From: Octopus vulgaris
Taxonomy: Eukaryota
Direction of reading: 5' to 3'
Length of the DNA: 64,000 nucleotides
Assembly: GCA_951406725.2 (NCBI GenBank)
Contig: OX597831.1
Coordinates: 8,184,001-8,248,000, forward strand
In this document: one piece after another, positions 38,552 through 52,551 of the stretch
How the letters are laid out: each line of letters begins with the position of its first letter
Numbering within the stretch: the stretch's first letter is position 1
Position numbers and translations under genes: made by a program
Notes under the pieces: model-generated
What the model saw: only the letters and a program-made list of their open reading frames with translations
The model's database searches: none
Told to the model about the DNA's origin: nothing

Positions 38552-39100
38552 CAGTAGTCTTATTTTTATCATGTGCTTTCACTGCACTACCGAGCACAGC
38601 TCTTCAATGTGCCTTGTGTATGTGCTGTGGTTTGTTGTGATGCTCTTATTTTCCCTGTATTGAAAGTGTTTTGCGTAGGATGTGTGCAGTGCCCAGTAAT
38701 GCAATTTTCTGTATGTTATATATATTTGTAAGTCCTGGTGTTTTTGTTAGGTATTTGTCTGAATATTTTTTTATCATAGCTAATGCACCTTCTATGATAG
38801 GAATTGTTTCTGTTTTTATGCTCCACATTCGAGTTGCCTCTATTTCCAGGTCTTTCTATTTTGAAAGTTTCTCCATTTCTTGTAGAGAAATACTGTCATC
38901 TGTTGGTACTGACACATCGATTGGAAAGCATTTTTTTCTTCTTGATGATCTCTGACAACTATATCTGGCCTATTAGCCTTAATTTCTCTATCTGTCTGTT
39001 TTGGCATATTCACTAGTATGGTTGCTTTCTCATTTTCTGTGACCTTTTCTGGCGTGTACCTATACCATCTTTTTTTCTGTTGCTATTCCATAGTGTTGAC
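38552..39100 (-). mobile_element. R4/Dong-clade non-LTR retrotransposon 3' end (restriction-like endonuclease), pseudogenised
   Basis: Translation RWYRYTPEKVTENEKATIL...TDREIKANRPDIVVRD../CFPIDVSVPTDDSISLQEMEKLSK*KDLEIEATRMWSIKTETIPIIEGAL...IQKIALLGTAHILRKTL carries the RPD...IDV..P...E.EK..KY.DL RLE motif. One stop and frameshifts; flanked by TAA repeats. Confidence 0.9.
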
Positions 39101-40454
39101 ATCATCATTATTATTATTATTATTGTTGTTGTTATTGTTGCAAGCTGGCTGAATCATTAGCATGTAAGAAGGCAAAATCTCTTTCCAGTTTTATGTTCTG
39201 TGTTCAAATTCTGACAAGGTATACTTTGCCTTTCATCTTTTCAGGGTTGATAAAAATCAGGATGCTGAGCACTGAGGTTGGTGCTATCCACTAGACCCCC
39301 CTCCCCCTCCTGCTAAAGTTGCTGGCCTTGTGGTTAAAGTGGAAAGAATTGTTGTTATTTCTTTATTCTTGCATTATTTGAATATGAGTATCAAAGTCTT
39401 TTGTCACACTCTTGTGATCTTCAATTCACTGATCTCTGTTGCTGTCTGTCAATTTTCAGACAGGCCAAGCTTTTTTTTTGTTTTTTGTTTTTTTTTATAT
39501 ATTCAGGATTTGTTTATTTATTTATGTATTTATTCTTATTGCTGCTATCTTTGTGGCGTGATGATGGTGATGATGATGCTGATGTCACTTGTTCAAACCG
39601 AAAAGTTTTGTGAGAATCAAAGCAGACATATTTAAGTCATTGTAGTAGATTAACTAAAACAGTTTGTTGCACATTTAACCCTTGGTTAGCTCAGATAGGA
39701 CACACACAGCCTATGATCAAAGGTGTGATCCAGTCATGGCTATCTCATCTTTTTAGGACAAGATTATCTCACAACCCTTTAGCATCCAGATTACTCTCTT
39801 AAATGTAATTCTTATTTTTTTCACATTGCTTTTAATTAATCAGGTATTATCTCAAAGCTTTAAGATTTTGAAAATGCAATTGTTTATTTTTAGAATAACA
39901 TTGTCAGATAAGTGTGAAAAGCTGGATCTGGCCAGTTTGAACGGAAAACGGAAAATATTTGGGCCAGATATGGCCAGTTTAAAGATTTGACATTTGGCTA
40001 TGGTTTTTAGCAGCTCAAGCAACCGCTATCATAGAATCAAGAGCAGTTTCCGGCAGATTGGTGCCAAAAGGGTTAATTGTGTGCTGAAGCCCTTCACCCC
40101 TTGGTTATATGAACAACAACAAAATTCTATGTAGAACAAAATGCTGGAGAAATACTTTGTTGAGTACCGAAGTACTTAGTAACACCGATTTCTCTTTTGA
40201 TATTGGGGTTCTTAGAGTTGGTACTCCATAAGTTAGTAATGGTACTCTTGGAAAGAAAACAAATAAACTTCTTTTGTTTTTATTTGCTCAAGTTTTGGGT
40301 TTGTACCAGATCAAATATTTCTTTGAATTCTGTGATGGAATGGGCAGCAGGATTGGAGATATACACGAAGGGAAAAAAAGCAATAACAACATAGCTTTAC
40401 TTGTTATAATTATTATTTTATACACTTCCTACACTCTTCAAGCTGCAGGAGATG

Positions 40455-40494
<40 letters not shown>

Positions 40495-41504
40495 TAATAA
40501 TAATAATAATAATAATAATGATGATGATGATGTATAAACATGTGTTGTCTCACCTGATGTTCCTTGAATAGCAAAAGTGCTGGATTGGTTTATTTTGTTG
40601 TGATTTTTGTATTTTTATCATGTCAGGTCCCCCTCACTGTGTTGTTCTGAACAAATGCATTTAAATTCTATATTACTATTGTCTTTGTGCTGCTGCTACT
40701 GGTGGCAGTGGTTGTAGTTATTTAACCCCAAGTCAGCCTTGGTTGAATAAACCTATGATCAAAAGCACTCAAGTCATATCTTTCTAAACTTTTTGTAGAC
40801 ATAAGATCATATGGTTCAACATGTTCTTCCTCCTCTTTTAAGACTAGAAAATATGGCTGCTATTTCTAGTGGAATAAATGACCATGCAGAGGCTTTCTTT
40901 TTTAGCTTTCCTATATTAGCTTAGGATAAAGAGCTAGTGACTTGCATGAGGTGCAGTTTTGGTTGTTAGTGTTGGTTGTATCTAATTAGTGGTTGCATAT
41001 ATAACTGGGAATTTTTTGTATAATAATACAATTACACAACACAGACAAAATGTATTTAGTCTGTGTTATTAAATAAAAATTTATTGAGCTGATCCTGGGC
41101 AAGATATATCTTTGTATACATAGAAATATGTCTCCTGAAGATGAGCAGTCAATATATTGATGAAAATTTGTGTCGAACTAAATTACAAGTGTCCCATCAA
41201 TGTATATTTCTGAATGTGCTAAAACAATATAAGAACGTGTGTGTTTTATGGTTCAGTGTAGAAAAATAACATTAAAAGTACTCAGAGACATTTGGTTCCA
41301 TAAACTCTTTGGAGTTCAAAGAACACAAGAATTACAATATTGTTTGGTCTCCGATCCACTTGTCTGATCCAATAACCTGATCTAAGATGTCTAAGATTCC
41401 AATCAGAATAAAGAGGACATGTTTCCTGAATTGAAATACCAAAATGCATTCAGTTTTTGATGTGCTACAGAGAGAAGATATTTGTCACCCTTAAATATAC
41501 AGTT

Positions 41505-41714
41505 TTAACCATTTCAGACTTCAGATTATTCTGTCAAATGTAATCCTTATTTATTCACATTGTTTTGGATTAACCATGCATTATCTAGTAGATTTGAGAT
41601 TTTGATGAGGTGACATTGTCGGGTAGATGGGAAAGATTGGATCTGACCAGTTTGAACATAATGCAAATAAAGTATTTCGGCTGGACATGGCCAGTTTATA
41701 TGCTAAGGGGTTAA
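41505..41714. mobile_element. piggyBac-type MITE, family A
   Basis: TTAA-CC...TGCTAAGGGG-TTAA; homologous to 542-757. Confidence 0.75.
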
Positions 41715-42379
41715 GAAATACTGTCTGACCCATACTGGTATGGAAAAAGAGATGTAAAATGACAACGATGAAAATGTTACTGATGAGGTTTTGGGGCTGT
41801 TTCCTAAATATTATTCAATTTATTTGTGATTAGCCAAAATTTCTTTTCTTATAATTCCACTAAAAAGTATTTCCATCTTTTTTTTTCTTTTTTTTTTTCT
41901 TCCTAATTTTCATAAATATTGGAAATTGAAATTCTTGCTAATGAGCTGTTAAAAAACTACATGAAAATTGTTAAAAGATAATTAGAAAATTTCAGAAACT
42001 CATCTTCTGAACTCCAGAATTTATTTGGAAGCATGTTGCAATTGCTTTAAAATAACTGCTTGCTGTACTTGAATATTGTCTAACTTAAATCACCTAAAAC
42101 AGTCCTCCTTCAGTGTTTACTCAAATCCCCTTTTAGGGGTCAGCAATATCATTTGGGAGCATAGATACCAAGCTCTGCTTCTGTTTAATAAACACTTCTT
42201 TTTTTTTTTTCGATCCTGATTGTTGGTTGGTTGATGTCAGGATCTTTTTGTTTGGGATTTTTGTCCTATTCTATCCACAACCCAATATTTCTGTCTGTTA
42301 AAACTGCTTGTCAAATGAAGGTTTACTGCTGAAATATTCACAGAAACTTGTTTTCTTAGAACTGTAGAAATATTTTCCA

Positions 42380-43092
42380 TTTGTTTTGTGACTTATAAAC
42401 AGGAAGAACTAACATTCTCTCTTTCAAAAGCCATCTTATTTCTCAATGTAAAGTCAAGCATTTGTTGAGAAAATTCATAGAATTACCAAGCTGCTGCTTG
42501 AAATATTATATCTTAACGGATCTTGACTTCACAGATTTGATGGCTAATATATCTTGGTCAAACACAGACTTCAAGTTTGTCTCCAGGGTCTTTCCAATAT
42601 GCTGCTGTTTTCCACACAAAAGTGATTGAGCAAATATATTCAAATCCTTTCTTTTGAGAAAATAATAAAGTAATAGGTTACCAAGATTGGCCTATCATTT
42701 CTGCTAACACCAATTTACAATTTTCATGCAAGTATGAATTCTTCAAAAGTTTCACTCAACATTTTGACTATGCCAATATGCTTTTACCTTTGGTGTATTC
42801 TGCAAGTTCTCAGCGGCATCAAAACAAGAAAATTGATGTATAATTTCATTTCTTTGAACACTCGTAGCTATGTTTCACAGCTTACATTGGTTGATTTGTC
42901 AACCAGTAATACAAAATTCAATTTCTTTCACTTAAATAGAAACATGGTCTTCAGTGTTAAAAGACATTTCAATTACATTCTTTTGGACTGTGTCTGTAGA
43001 CAGCAGAGGTCTGGAAATTTCTTGTTCAGCTTCATTACTGAATATTGTACTACCAATCAAACAGCATGGTGGCAAAATAAGTGATTCACCTT
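42380..43092 (-). pseudogene. hAT (Charlie/Buster; SCAND3/ZBED5/FAM200-like) transposase fossil
   Basis: Minus-strand GESLILPPCCLI..IFSNEAEQEISRPLLSTDTVQKNVIEMS / FVLLVDKSTNVS (DESTD catalytic region) / KTLETNLKSVFDQ..AIKSVKSR. Many stops and frameshifts. Confidence 0.8.
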
Positions 43093-43189
43093 TAAAAGGT
43101 AAATGTGACATAAAAGAGGAAGGACATTTGTCACACTCACACACACTCATACACTCTCTTTCTCTTATTTGCACTCTCCCTCCCTCCCT

Positions 43190-43243
<54 letters not shown>

Positions 43244-43652
43244 ACAGCAGCAGCAGCTCTATGTTGCATTGTTTGGAAACCACTCATGCAGAGTGTGGTA
43301 GATGTGTATCTTTATATTCTAGTGCCTCTACCATTAAACTGATACCATTATTTAACACTAGTATCAAAAACAAGAACCTCTCATGTGATCATTTCACCTG
43401 GCAGAAATAGCAGTGACATCTCCCTCAACTCACACCCTTCCGTCTTTTAAAAAATGGGGATGAACACGGTGGATAAGATAATCATGGCTACGTCTGGAAG
43501 ATAAATATCCCACCATTGCTAGAATGTCTTTGAGTTTAGGTATATGCAACCTGAACCACTTTGGATAACAACAACAATAATTATGCAGGTGATTGCTGTT
43601 GACTTAGAGAATGTATAGTAAGCATCCCCTAGTGAATGGGTAGTGAAACAGG

Positions 43653-44015
43653 CATCATCATCGTCGTTTAACATCTGCTTTCCATGCTGGCATGGGTTGG
43701 ACGGTTTGACTGCGAACTGGTAAGCCGGGAGGCAGCACCAAGCTCCAAACTGATCTGGCAAAGTTTCTAGTTGGATGCCCTTCCTAATCCCAACCACTCC
43801 ATGAGTGTAGTGGCTGGTTTTTACATGTCATCGACACAGGGGCCAGTCAGGTGGCACTGGCATCGGCCACACTCGAATGGTGCTTTTTACGCCTAGTACT
43901 TTTTCTATCATTCTCTTTTGCCAAACTGCTAAGTTTCGGGGACATAAACACGCCAACATCAGTCGTCAAGCAATGGTGGGGGGACAAACACAGACACAAA
44001 GACACACACGCATAA

Positions 44016-44099
<84 letters not shown>

Positions 44100-44265
44100 A
44101 TGACAGGCTTCTTTCAGTTTCCGTCTACCATATCCACTCACAAGGCTTTAGTTGACCTGGGGCTCTTGTGGAAAATGCTTGCCCAAGGTGTCATGCAATG
44201 GGATTGAACCCCAAGCCACATGGTTGGGAAGCAAGCTTCTTATCACACAGCTGTGTCTGCACTAC
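43653..44265 (-). mobile_element. Family 4 retroposon fused to SINE family 2
   Basis: Family 4 at 43653-43890 abuts SINE2 tail A at 43891; microsatellite at 44010-44100; head runs to 44265. Confidence 0.8.
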
Positions 44266-44529
44266 AGATGTTTACATTTGTTGGTAGTGTTGTTGTCAGT
44301 TTCTCCTATCAGCAAATCATCCAATCACTTCTTATTTTGAAGCCATGTGCAATAAGAGATCCTTTAACAGTCAAGAGTAAGCAACAGGGAGAGCAGCCAC
44401 CTGTAAAATGGTTCCTTATATAACACATTCACCCAACACACACCAATATGGAAAGAAAAAGAACAGGTGTAATACAAAGAAACCAATGAAATGAATGAAG
44501 CAATTCTTTGGCACCATTTACCATTTTTC

Positions 44530-44742
44530 TAAGGCAGAGGCCTGGCAGAATTGTTAGCAGACTGAGCAAAATGCTTAACAGCATTTCATCCACCTTTATG
44601 CTCTGAGTTCAAATTCCACCGAGTTCTACTTTGCCTTTCATCCTTGATAAAATAAGTACCAGTTATACATTGGGGTCAATGAAATTGACTTACCCCTCTA
44701 CAACAAACTTGCTGGCCTTGTACCAAAATTTGAAACCATTAT
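44530..44742 (+). mobile_element. SINE family 1
   Basis: AAGGCAGAGGCCTGGCAGAATTGTTAGC...TTGCCTTTCATCC...AAAATTTGAAACC. Another degenerate copy at 51140-51335. Confidence 0.8.
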
Positions 44743-47700
44743 TTACCATTTTAAAAAACAATTCACCATGAGAAATAACAGTTTTTTGTTGTTTGGTAAA
44801 TTTTCTCTTTTGTTTATGTTTGTTTTTGTGCATCTTGTTATTTCTTTGTTTCTTTTTAATAATGTTTGGTTCTCTAGCAACAAGTTGAGCTAGAGGATAT
44901 TTCAGAAAATTTGTTTGTTGTTCACTGGTTGGTTTGGGGTTACAGTTGGAAACAGAACCATTCTTAGTGCCAACAGTTATTTGTGTTGGCTCACATTTTA
45001 ACCTTTTTCCTTCACCAAATTAGCAAAAATAGTGGCATCATAACAGTAGCTGTTTTTCTGTTGATTTTCTTGGCTTTTTCCTCTATTCTCTCTCTTTTAT
45101 TTTTCATTGTGCTTTCGAGAGGGGTGGGGAGATGTGAATTTTATTTGTATTATCTCTTTTTAAAATATATTTATATCCCTTGGAGATTTGTTGCATTTAT
45201 ATATAGAGAATATGTACGAAGGTATGTGTGTGTGTATGTGTGCGTGTGCGCGTCTCTCCACCGCTTGACAACCAGTGTTGGTTTGTTTTCATCCCTATAA
45301 CTTAGCAGTTCTGCAAAAGAGACTGATAAAATAAGTACCAGACTTGAAAAGTACAATAAGCCCTGGGGCTGACTTGTCTGATTAAATCCTTTGAGGTGGT
45401 GCCTGCTAAGCTTGCTGCAAAAGTGTAGAGTAACCCATTAGATTCATGCAAAATGGTTTTATTATAACGAAGAATCAGAGATTTAAAACTAATTGTTTTC
45501 CTCTTTGTAGATATATTCTTGTATTCTTTTATTTGTTTCAGTCGTTTGGCTACGGCCATGCTAGAGCACTGCCTTTTAGTCAAACAAATATACATATTAA
45601 TAATTGGATAATCATTCTTAATATTGTTGCTCATTATTTCATCGTTATTTGGTTCTAATGTTTCATAATCCACCTGTTTATGTCCTGCATGTTCTCGTTA
45701 GCTGTCCTTTGTGTACAAATCCTTACTACACCTGGTCATTACGTCAGGTGTGTTATCGTGTTGTTGTGTCTTTGTATATTTTAAGTTCTTTACCAAATGC
45801 ATCCATTCTTGCATCTCTGTCTTTAGCACGTTTATATGAACAACTTAATATATGCATGTGTTAACGAGTCTCTCTATGCTAATCGGGGTACAGATCTATT
45901 CACATTTATCATATGTCTACGGGGGTTGTGGGTTAACAGTTAAGCAAGTGCATTTATTCAAGAAGGGATGTCATCCTAACTTTATTCCTATTAAAATACA
46001 TAATGCTGTTTTGAAGAGAAAATCAAACATAACAAAAAAAAAAAAGGAAAAAAAAAAAAGAAAGAAATGGTAATGTAAAGGAAATATGTGCTCAATTAGA
46101 ATCTCGTTTTCTCTGTTTTGGGACATCATTAATGTTTGTAGGCTGGAACTTAGCAAAGTTTTTAAAAAATGAAATCACTCAAACTCTGTTACTAATTGTG
46201 TCCAAAATACTGCATGAATATTGAAAACAGCAAAAAAATGCGAGTGATTGGAAATGCTTGTTCCGTTGGGATTATATGTTCATGCTGATAGTGTATCGGT
46301 AAGGATTCTTGAGTCAATACTTATGCTTATGATTGGTACCTGTATACATATAGGTATTTGTACATATATTCATACCTGTATGTATGATGGTAGCTATACA
46401 CATGTCGATACCTGTACATACGATATCATCTATAAATATAGAAACCGATGCATATCATCGTCATTACTATTTAACATCTGTTTTCCATGCTGGCATGGGT
46501 TGGATGGCTTGACAGGAACTGACCAGGCAGAAGATTTTGCCAAGCTCTGTTTCCATTGCTGGAAGCCCTTCCTAACTCCAACCACTTTACCGTGTGTAGT
46601 GGGTGCTTTTTACATGGCACCAGCACATAAAGATACTTATATATTACATGACGGTATCATGATATTAATTCTCTGTGTCTTATTTACTATTTTATTTAGA
46701 TATTTCTACTGTGTTTCAGAGAGAATATTTAATTGCTTATAACTTGGTACTTTACTTAATATTCATCACTTAATATCGGGTTTATTGTCATTTTTCAAAA
46801 GCCATATACGTATATATATTGCTGGTTCTGTGTCTAATTTTCTTTGTAGTGTTCCAAATGTATAATTATTTTGAAAGCTTAAACTTGTTATTATGCGATC
46901 TATATTATATCTATATATCATATATACATTACACACACACACACACACACATACACACGTTATTCCCTCCTCTCTGTTAGGAGGCACAAGCACTTTCACA
47001 CACATGACAAGAACTTCTGCCTACCAAATTGAATCACAAGGCTTCGAATACTATTTTGTTAACAATAAATATGACAGTCGTAGCTGCCTCCGTAACTGAT
47101 TTCTCCAGAACGTTTCCATTGATTGGTCATACTCTTTGCAATTGACAACTGCATTTCCATGCTTCGTTGGTTGTGTTCTGCTGGTTTAAATTCTTCATCA
47201 TTTCCTGTATTGTTCAAGGATGTTACCATTTTAGCAAACACTATCAGTGTTTTCACTTCCAATCTATTTAACTAGCACTGCTATCAGTAAACATTTCATC
47301 TGCTTCAGTGAAGAGCCTTTCCCAAAAATCTTAGACTTTGCCTCTCCTTACAACAAAATGATTTATTCCACTCAAAAAGAAGAATTTTTGTTCTTACTAT
47401 TTGTTAAAGCAAACCATCTCCAGTTTCCTAAAGTTCTGCTGTTTCACAATAATTTTGTCGTTTTTTCTTTTTTTTTTTTGTAGTTTTTAATTTTAGATTA
47501 CTGCCAGAGTAAATTAATCTCTTCTCCTTTGAGTTAACTCATCAAATTTATTAACTCTGCATTGTGTCTGTCTATCTTGCTTTGCACTTTTGAGAAGTTC
47601 CTCACCCTTTCTCACACTCTTTGTCAAGCTCTCAAATGTTTCACACCTATTGCCGCCATGCAATATCGTACTTCCGCTTAGTGACCTTCTCTCCACTATT

Positions 47701-48102
47701 TTGCCAAATTCAGTGAAGTAAGTCTAAGCTTTACTGAAGAAATCTAATAATACAGAAACATGTCCATAATTATCTCCCATGCTTGTCCAAATGGTAAACA
47801 TCATATTAGTCATCATTAACGTAATGTTGTCTTTGCCCTGTAATTAATTCTAATTAACTTTCTGCCACTTGTTCCATGAAATGTGTTAACACAGACTTTA
47901 TTTATTGAGTCACTTCTGTAGTTTTGATTCTAGTGCTGCCCTTTTCTGTGTTTCGTCCTTACCAAAATGACTTCACCTTTTTGGTTCCATTTTCCAGCTG
48001 AAATATGCTGATTCTATTTCAAGTTGTTTTGAAAATAACTAAGAATCTATTAAAATAACCTTGTCATTATTAAGTTGATGTTTGGATCATAAATTATAAA
48101 TC

Positions 48103-48104
<2 letters not shown>

Positions 48105-48160
<56 letters not shown>

Positions 48161-48372
48161 ACTCTTTTACTCTTTTACTCTTTTCAATCATGTGACTGTG
48201 GCCGTGCTGCAGCACTGCCTTTAGTTGAGCAAATCGACCCCAGGATTTATTCTTTGTAAGCCTAGTACTTATTCTATCGCTCTCTTTTGCCGAACTGCTA
48301 AGTTACGGGGACGTAAACACACCAGCATCGGTTGTCAAGCGATGTTGGGGGGATAAACACAGACACAAACAT

Positions 48373-48424
<52 letters not shown>

Positions 48425-48592
48425 ACATATATACGACGGGCTTCTTTCAGTTTCTGTCTACCAAATCCACTCACAAGGCTTTGTTCGGCCCAAGGCTATA
48501 GTAGAAGACACTTGCCCAAGGTGCCACGCAGTGGGACTGAACCCGGAACTATATGGTTGGCAAGCAAGCTACTTACCACACAGCCACTCCTA
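48105..48592 (-). mobile_element. Young full-length SINE family 2 (tail A) with (TAAAAGAG)n/(GA)n tail, nested in an old MITE
   Basis: CpG-rich, near-consensus copy. The flanks 47990-48095 and 48595-48700 join into a 10460-10651-like MITE ending AAAGGCTTAA. Confidence 0.85.
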
Positions 48593-50414
48593 CGTCAACA
48601 TGGAATTTTGATAGAAAATTTTGTTTAGATTATTTTAAAGCAGGACATTTGCATCATAGGACGAAGGATGGCCCCGGCAAGTTGATTCCGAAAGGCTTAA
48701 TCTTTTCTGTTTTGAGTTAAGGGACAAAATATAGTAACTTTGTGTCCTTCACCTTGTATCAGACCCCAGCCCCCACTTTTTGTTAATGTATACAAACCTA
48801 ACTCTCAAAGTGCAGGCTGTAGTTATGCTTGTGTGTGGTTAAGAAGCTTGCTTTGAAACCAAGTGGTTTCAAGTTCAGTTGCACTTCACAGCACCTTGGG
48901 CAAGTATTTTCTATTACGGCTGCAAGTTAATACCTTGGTTGAAGGAAACTTTGTGGAAGTTCATTACGTGTGTGTGTGTGTGTGTGTTTGTGTCCCACCC
49001 ACCACCACCACCACCACTTGATAACCAGAGTTGGTTTGTTTATGTCCCTGCAACTTAGCAGTTCACCAACTGAAACCCTTGAAGGCAGTGCCCCAGCATG
49101 GCCACAGTCCTGTGATTGAAAAAATGAAAGGCAAAAGATAGTTATTAGTTGCTTCTGTTGTAGAATTAATCCTACAACCCTCTGCTGGTTTATACAGTAT
49201 GTCTGGTTGTACATTTTGCTTTACTCTGTCTTATTCCTACCAAAAATGACTAATGTCTTTCGTTTTTTTTTGAACGATAGAATGGAATTTATCAATTCTA
49301 CTGGTTCATCCCTATTGAGAGAAGCCAGTGAACTTCGTTTCCTGGTTGCTGTTCTCAGCTAAGTTAAATTGTTTAAGATAGATTACTTGTCAACTGGACA
49401 TCAAGATATTTGAAGAAAGAAAAAAATATATAAAAATTGTTTTTCCTTCTTTCAAAATTTCAACTATATTAGCTTCGAAGATTTGATATTTATCTCTGCA
49501 AACTTTCATTTATTTTAGTCTAGTTTTATTTGATGTTTGAGCTAATTATGAATTATCTACCAACTAATTAGCTGTAAGTAGAGATTTTATTGTGAATTAA
49601 TGCCTAATATATTTTGTTAATCAGGTTTCAGTGAGTAACTGCGTGTCTTTGCTTGATTATCTATGTACATACGCACGTACGTACGTACGTACGTATGTAC
49701 ATACGTACTTATGTATGTACATACGTATGTATGTACGTACATACACATGTATGCACATATAGATGTGTGTATGTATATGTGTGCATGTATGTATGTATGT
49801 ACTTGTGCACATGCTTCAGTATACGTATGTGTGTTTACTGCTAGTGAGCTGATATTGGAGTCAAGACGAATTAGGAAGTGTTTTGTAGATCTGCTAATGA
49901 ACCAATGAATCACTGTTTTTGTTTTATTTCATTTTCGTGGAGGGGGTTTTGGGTTTTTTTTTTTTTTTTTTTGCATATTCTTTTTTTTTTTTTATTTACA
50001 TCTTTACTTTAATTTCATCAATAGTTTCACTCTTGGTATTTCTAGGAAGTTGTTTTGATTAGATTAGCCTTTGAAGATTATATTAAAGGGTTAATGAGAC
50101 AAGGTGGTGATTAGACAAGTGTTTTAAATAATACAGTCACTGACACAAACTCGCTGTTGATATTTGCAACACACTCAACGAATCTAATGAGAAGTTTAAA
50201 TTATAAAATTTCATTTTATGACAGATACTTTTTCTAAATATATTTCCTCTTATAATTATCGGTGTTGAGAGTAATGTCTGGCTGAAAGTTTACAAACTCT
50301 CAGACATCACTATTGATTAATTAGTGGAGGTATTTACTCCGTTGACGATGTCTTTTAGTCTTTTACATGGGGAAAAAAATTACATACGTACATATGTGTG
50401 TGTATGTGTATTTT

Positions 50415-50659
50415 TTATGTTTTACTTGTTACAGTCGTTAGACTGTGGCCATGCTGGAGCATTGCCTTGAAAAGGTTTTAGTGAAATATAATTGATCCCA
50501 GTTCCTATTTCCTTTTTTTTTTTTAAGCCTGGTATTTATTCTGTCAGTCTTTTTGTCAAACGACTAAGTTACAGGGCCATAAACATACCAACACTGGTTT
50601 GTCGACCAATGATGAGGGACAAAAACAGACATAAACACACACATATAGGTGTGTGCGTT

Positions 50660-50696
<37 letters not shown>

Positions 50697-51050
50697 CATC
50701 ATCATTGTTTAATGTCCGTTTTCCATGCTGGCATGGGTTGGACGGTTTGCCTGGGGACTGGCAAGCCAGGAGGCCTCACCAGGCTTCAATCTGATCTGGC
50801 AATGTTTCTACAGCTGGATGCCCTTCCTAACGCCAACCACTCTGAGAGCGTAGTGGGTGCTTTTTATGTGCCACTGGCATGGGAGCCAGTCAGATATACA
50901 TAACGGGCTTCTTTTAGTTTCCATCTATCAAATTCACTCACAAGGCTTTGGTCAGCCTGAGGCTATTGCAGAAGACACTTGCCCAAGGTGCCATGCAGTG
51001 GGACTGAACCTGGTACCATGTAGTTGGGAAGCAAGCTTTTTATACACACG
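50415..51050 (-). mobile_element. SINE family 2 with a family-4 element (50697-50893) nested in its TA tract
   Basis: Order on + strand: tail A, (TA)n, family-4 block, then SINE2 head. Confidence 0.8.
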
Positions 51051-51861
51051 ATAAGCAAGAACCACAAAACTATTTATATTTTGAGAATCGTTCCTGGTCC
51101 TTTGAAAATGTTTTCAATATAATCCGTAAAGACTGGTTGAATGTTTACCGACATTTCACCCGTCTTTATGTTCTAGGCTCAAATTCTGCCAAGGTCAACT
51201 TTGCCTTTCATCCTTTCGAGGTCAATAAAATGGGGGACCAGTCCAGGGCACTGGGAAGGGGAGGGGCGGTGTCGATGTAATTGACTTAGCCCATCCCTTG
51301 AAATTGCTGGCCTTGTGCCAAAATTTGGAAACAATATGGTCATTAAGAGTTTATTTTCTTTTTTTTATTTACCATTGGATGTTTGTTTTAGATTCTATTT
51401 TAATGAATAACTTATAAATTTAAATGGCAGATGGAAACTGTGTGGAATCTTATATATATGTTTGTGTGTATGTGGGTGTTTTTTGTGTCCTTCTGCCACC
51501 ACTTGACAATCAGTGTTGGTTTGTTTGCATCCCTGTCACTTAGTGGTTCAGCAAAGGCGACTGTTAGGATGAGTACCAGACTTAATAAAAATATTTAAAA
51601 AAAGCAAAAAAAGAACAGTATTGGGATCAATCTATTTGACTAAAACCCTTCAAGGGGGTGCTCCAGCATGGCCACAGCCCAATGACTGAAACAAGTTAAA
51701 GGCAAAATTCTTTGCAGCTCGAAAGCTTTTATCGTAGGTCTTCTTGCGATCATGGCAAACTTGAAACTAAACAGTAGCAGCTGTGTGTGTATGTATATAT
51801 ATATATGTGTGTATATATATGCAGGTATATATTTATGTATATATGTATAAATATATATGTG

Positions 51862-51910
<49 letters not shown>

Positions 51911-51919
51911 ATATATGTA

Positions 51920-51953
<34 letters not shown>

Positions 51954-52275
51954 ATTTGTACAACAACAACAACAGTAACAGCAGCAGCAACAACTGGCCT
52001 CTGTTGTCAGTAGAACCAATATTTGTAACGAGGGAGGGGTGGGGGTGGTTTGTGGTTCTTTACAACTTTGGACCATAGCAAGATAGAAAAAGATTATCGG
52101 AACTGATAGTGTTTGTTGTGGCAGCGTGTGCGGGAGGCATTGTAGGTTTTTCCTGGTGAGGTTCGGGGTCGGTCAGTGAGTATTTCGTGGTTGGACTGGT
52201 TTTTGCCTTTGAACCTTTTCTCACTTGTTGGGCAAGATCACATTAGTTGCTGCCTGACGTTTAGATACAGTTTGG

Positions 52276-52313
<38 letters not shown>

Positions 52314-52514
52314 ATATAGACATACATAAATATATACACGTATATGGCTTCTGTTGTTTCACAGTTGAGTGGCTGGTGCTAGAAAGAGCACTGAGCCATC
52401 AAATATTTTCTTTTACATCAAGCACTTATGAAAATGTCTTAATTTGAAAGAAGAAAAAATAACAAACGTAACTCAAGCCAATATCAACAACAGCCAACAA
52501 AATGAGAAAAAACA

Positions 52515-52551
<37 letters not shown>

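Noticed and set aside
38646-38828. Intact small protein gene
   Set aside because: It is the C-terminus of a disrupted R4/Dong retrotransposon ORF.
49670-49745. (ACGT)n CpG cluster as a CpG island
   Set aside because: A microsatellite derivative of (ATGT)n, too short to be an island.
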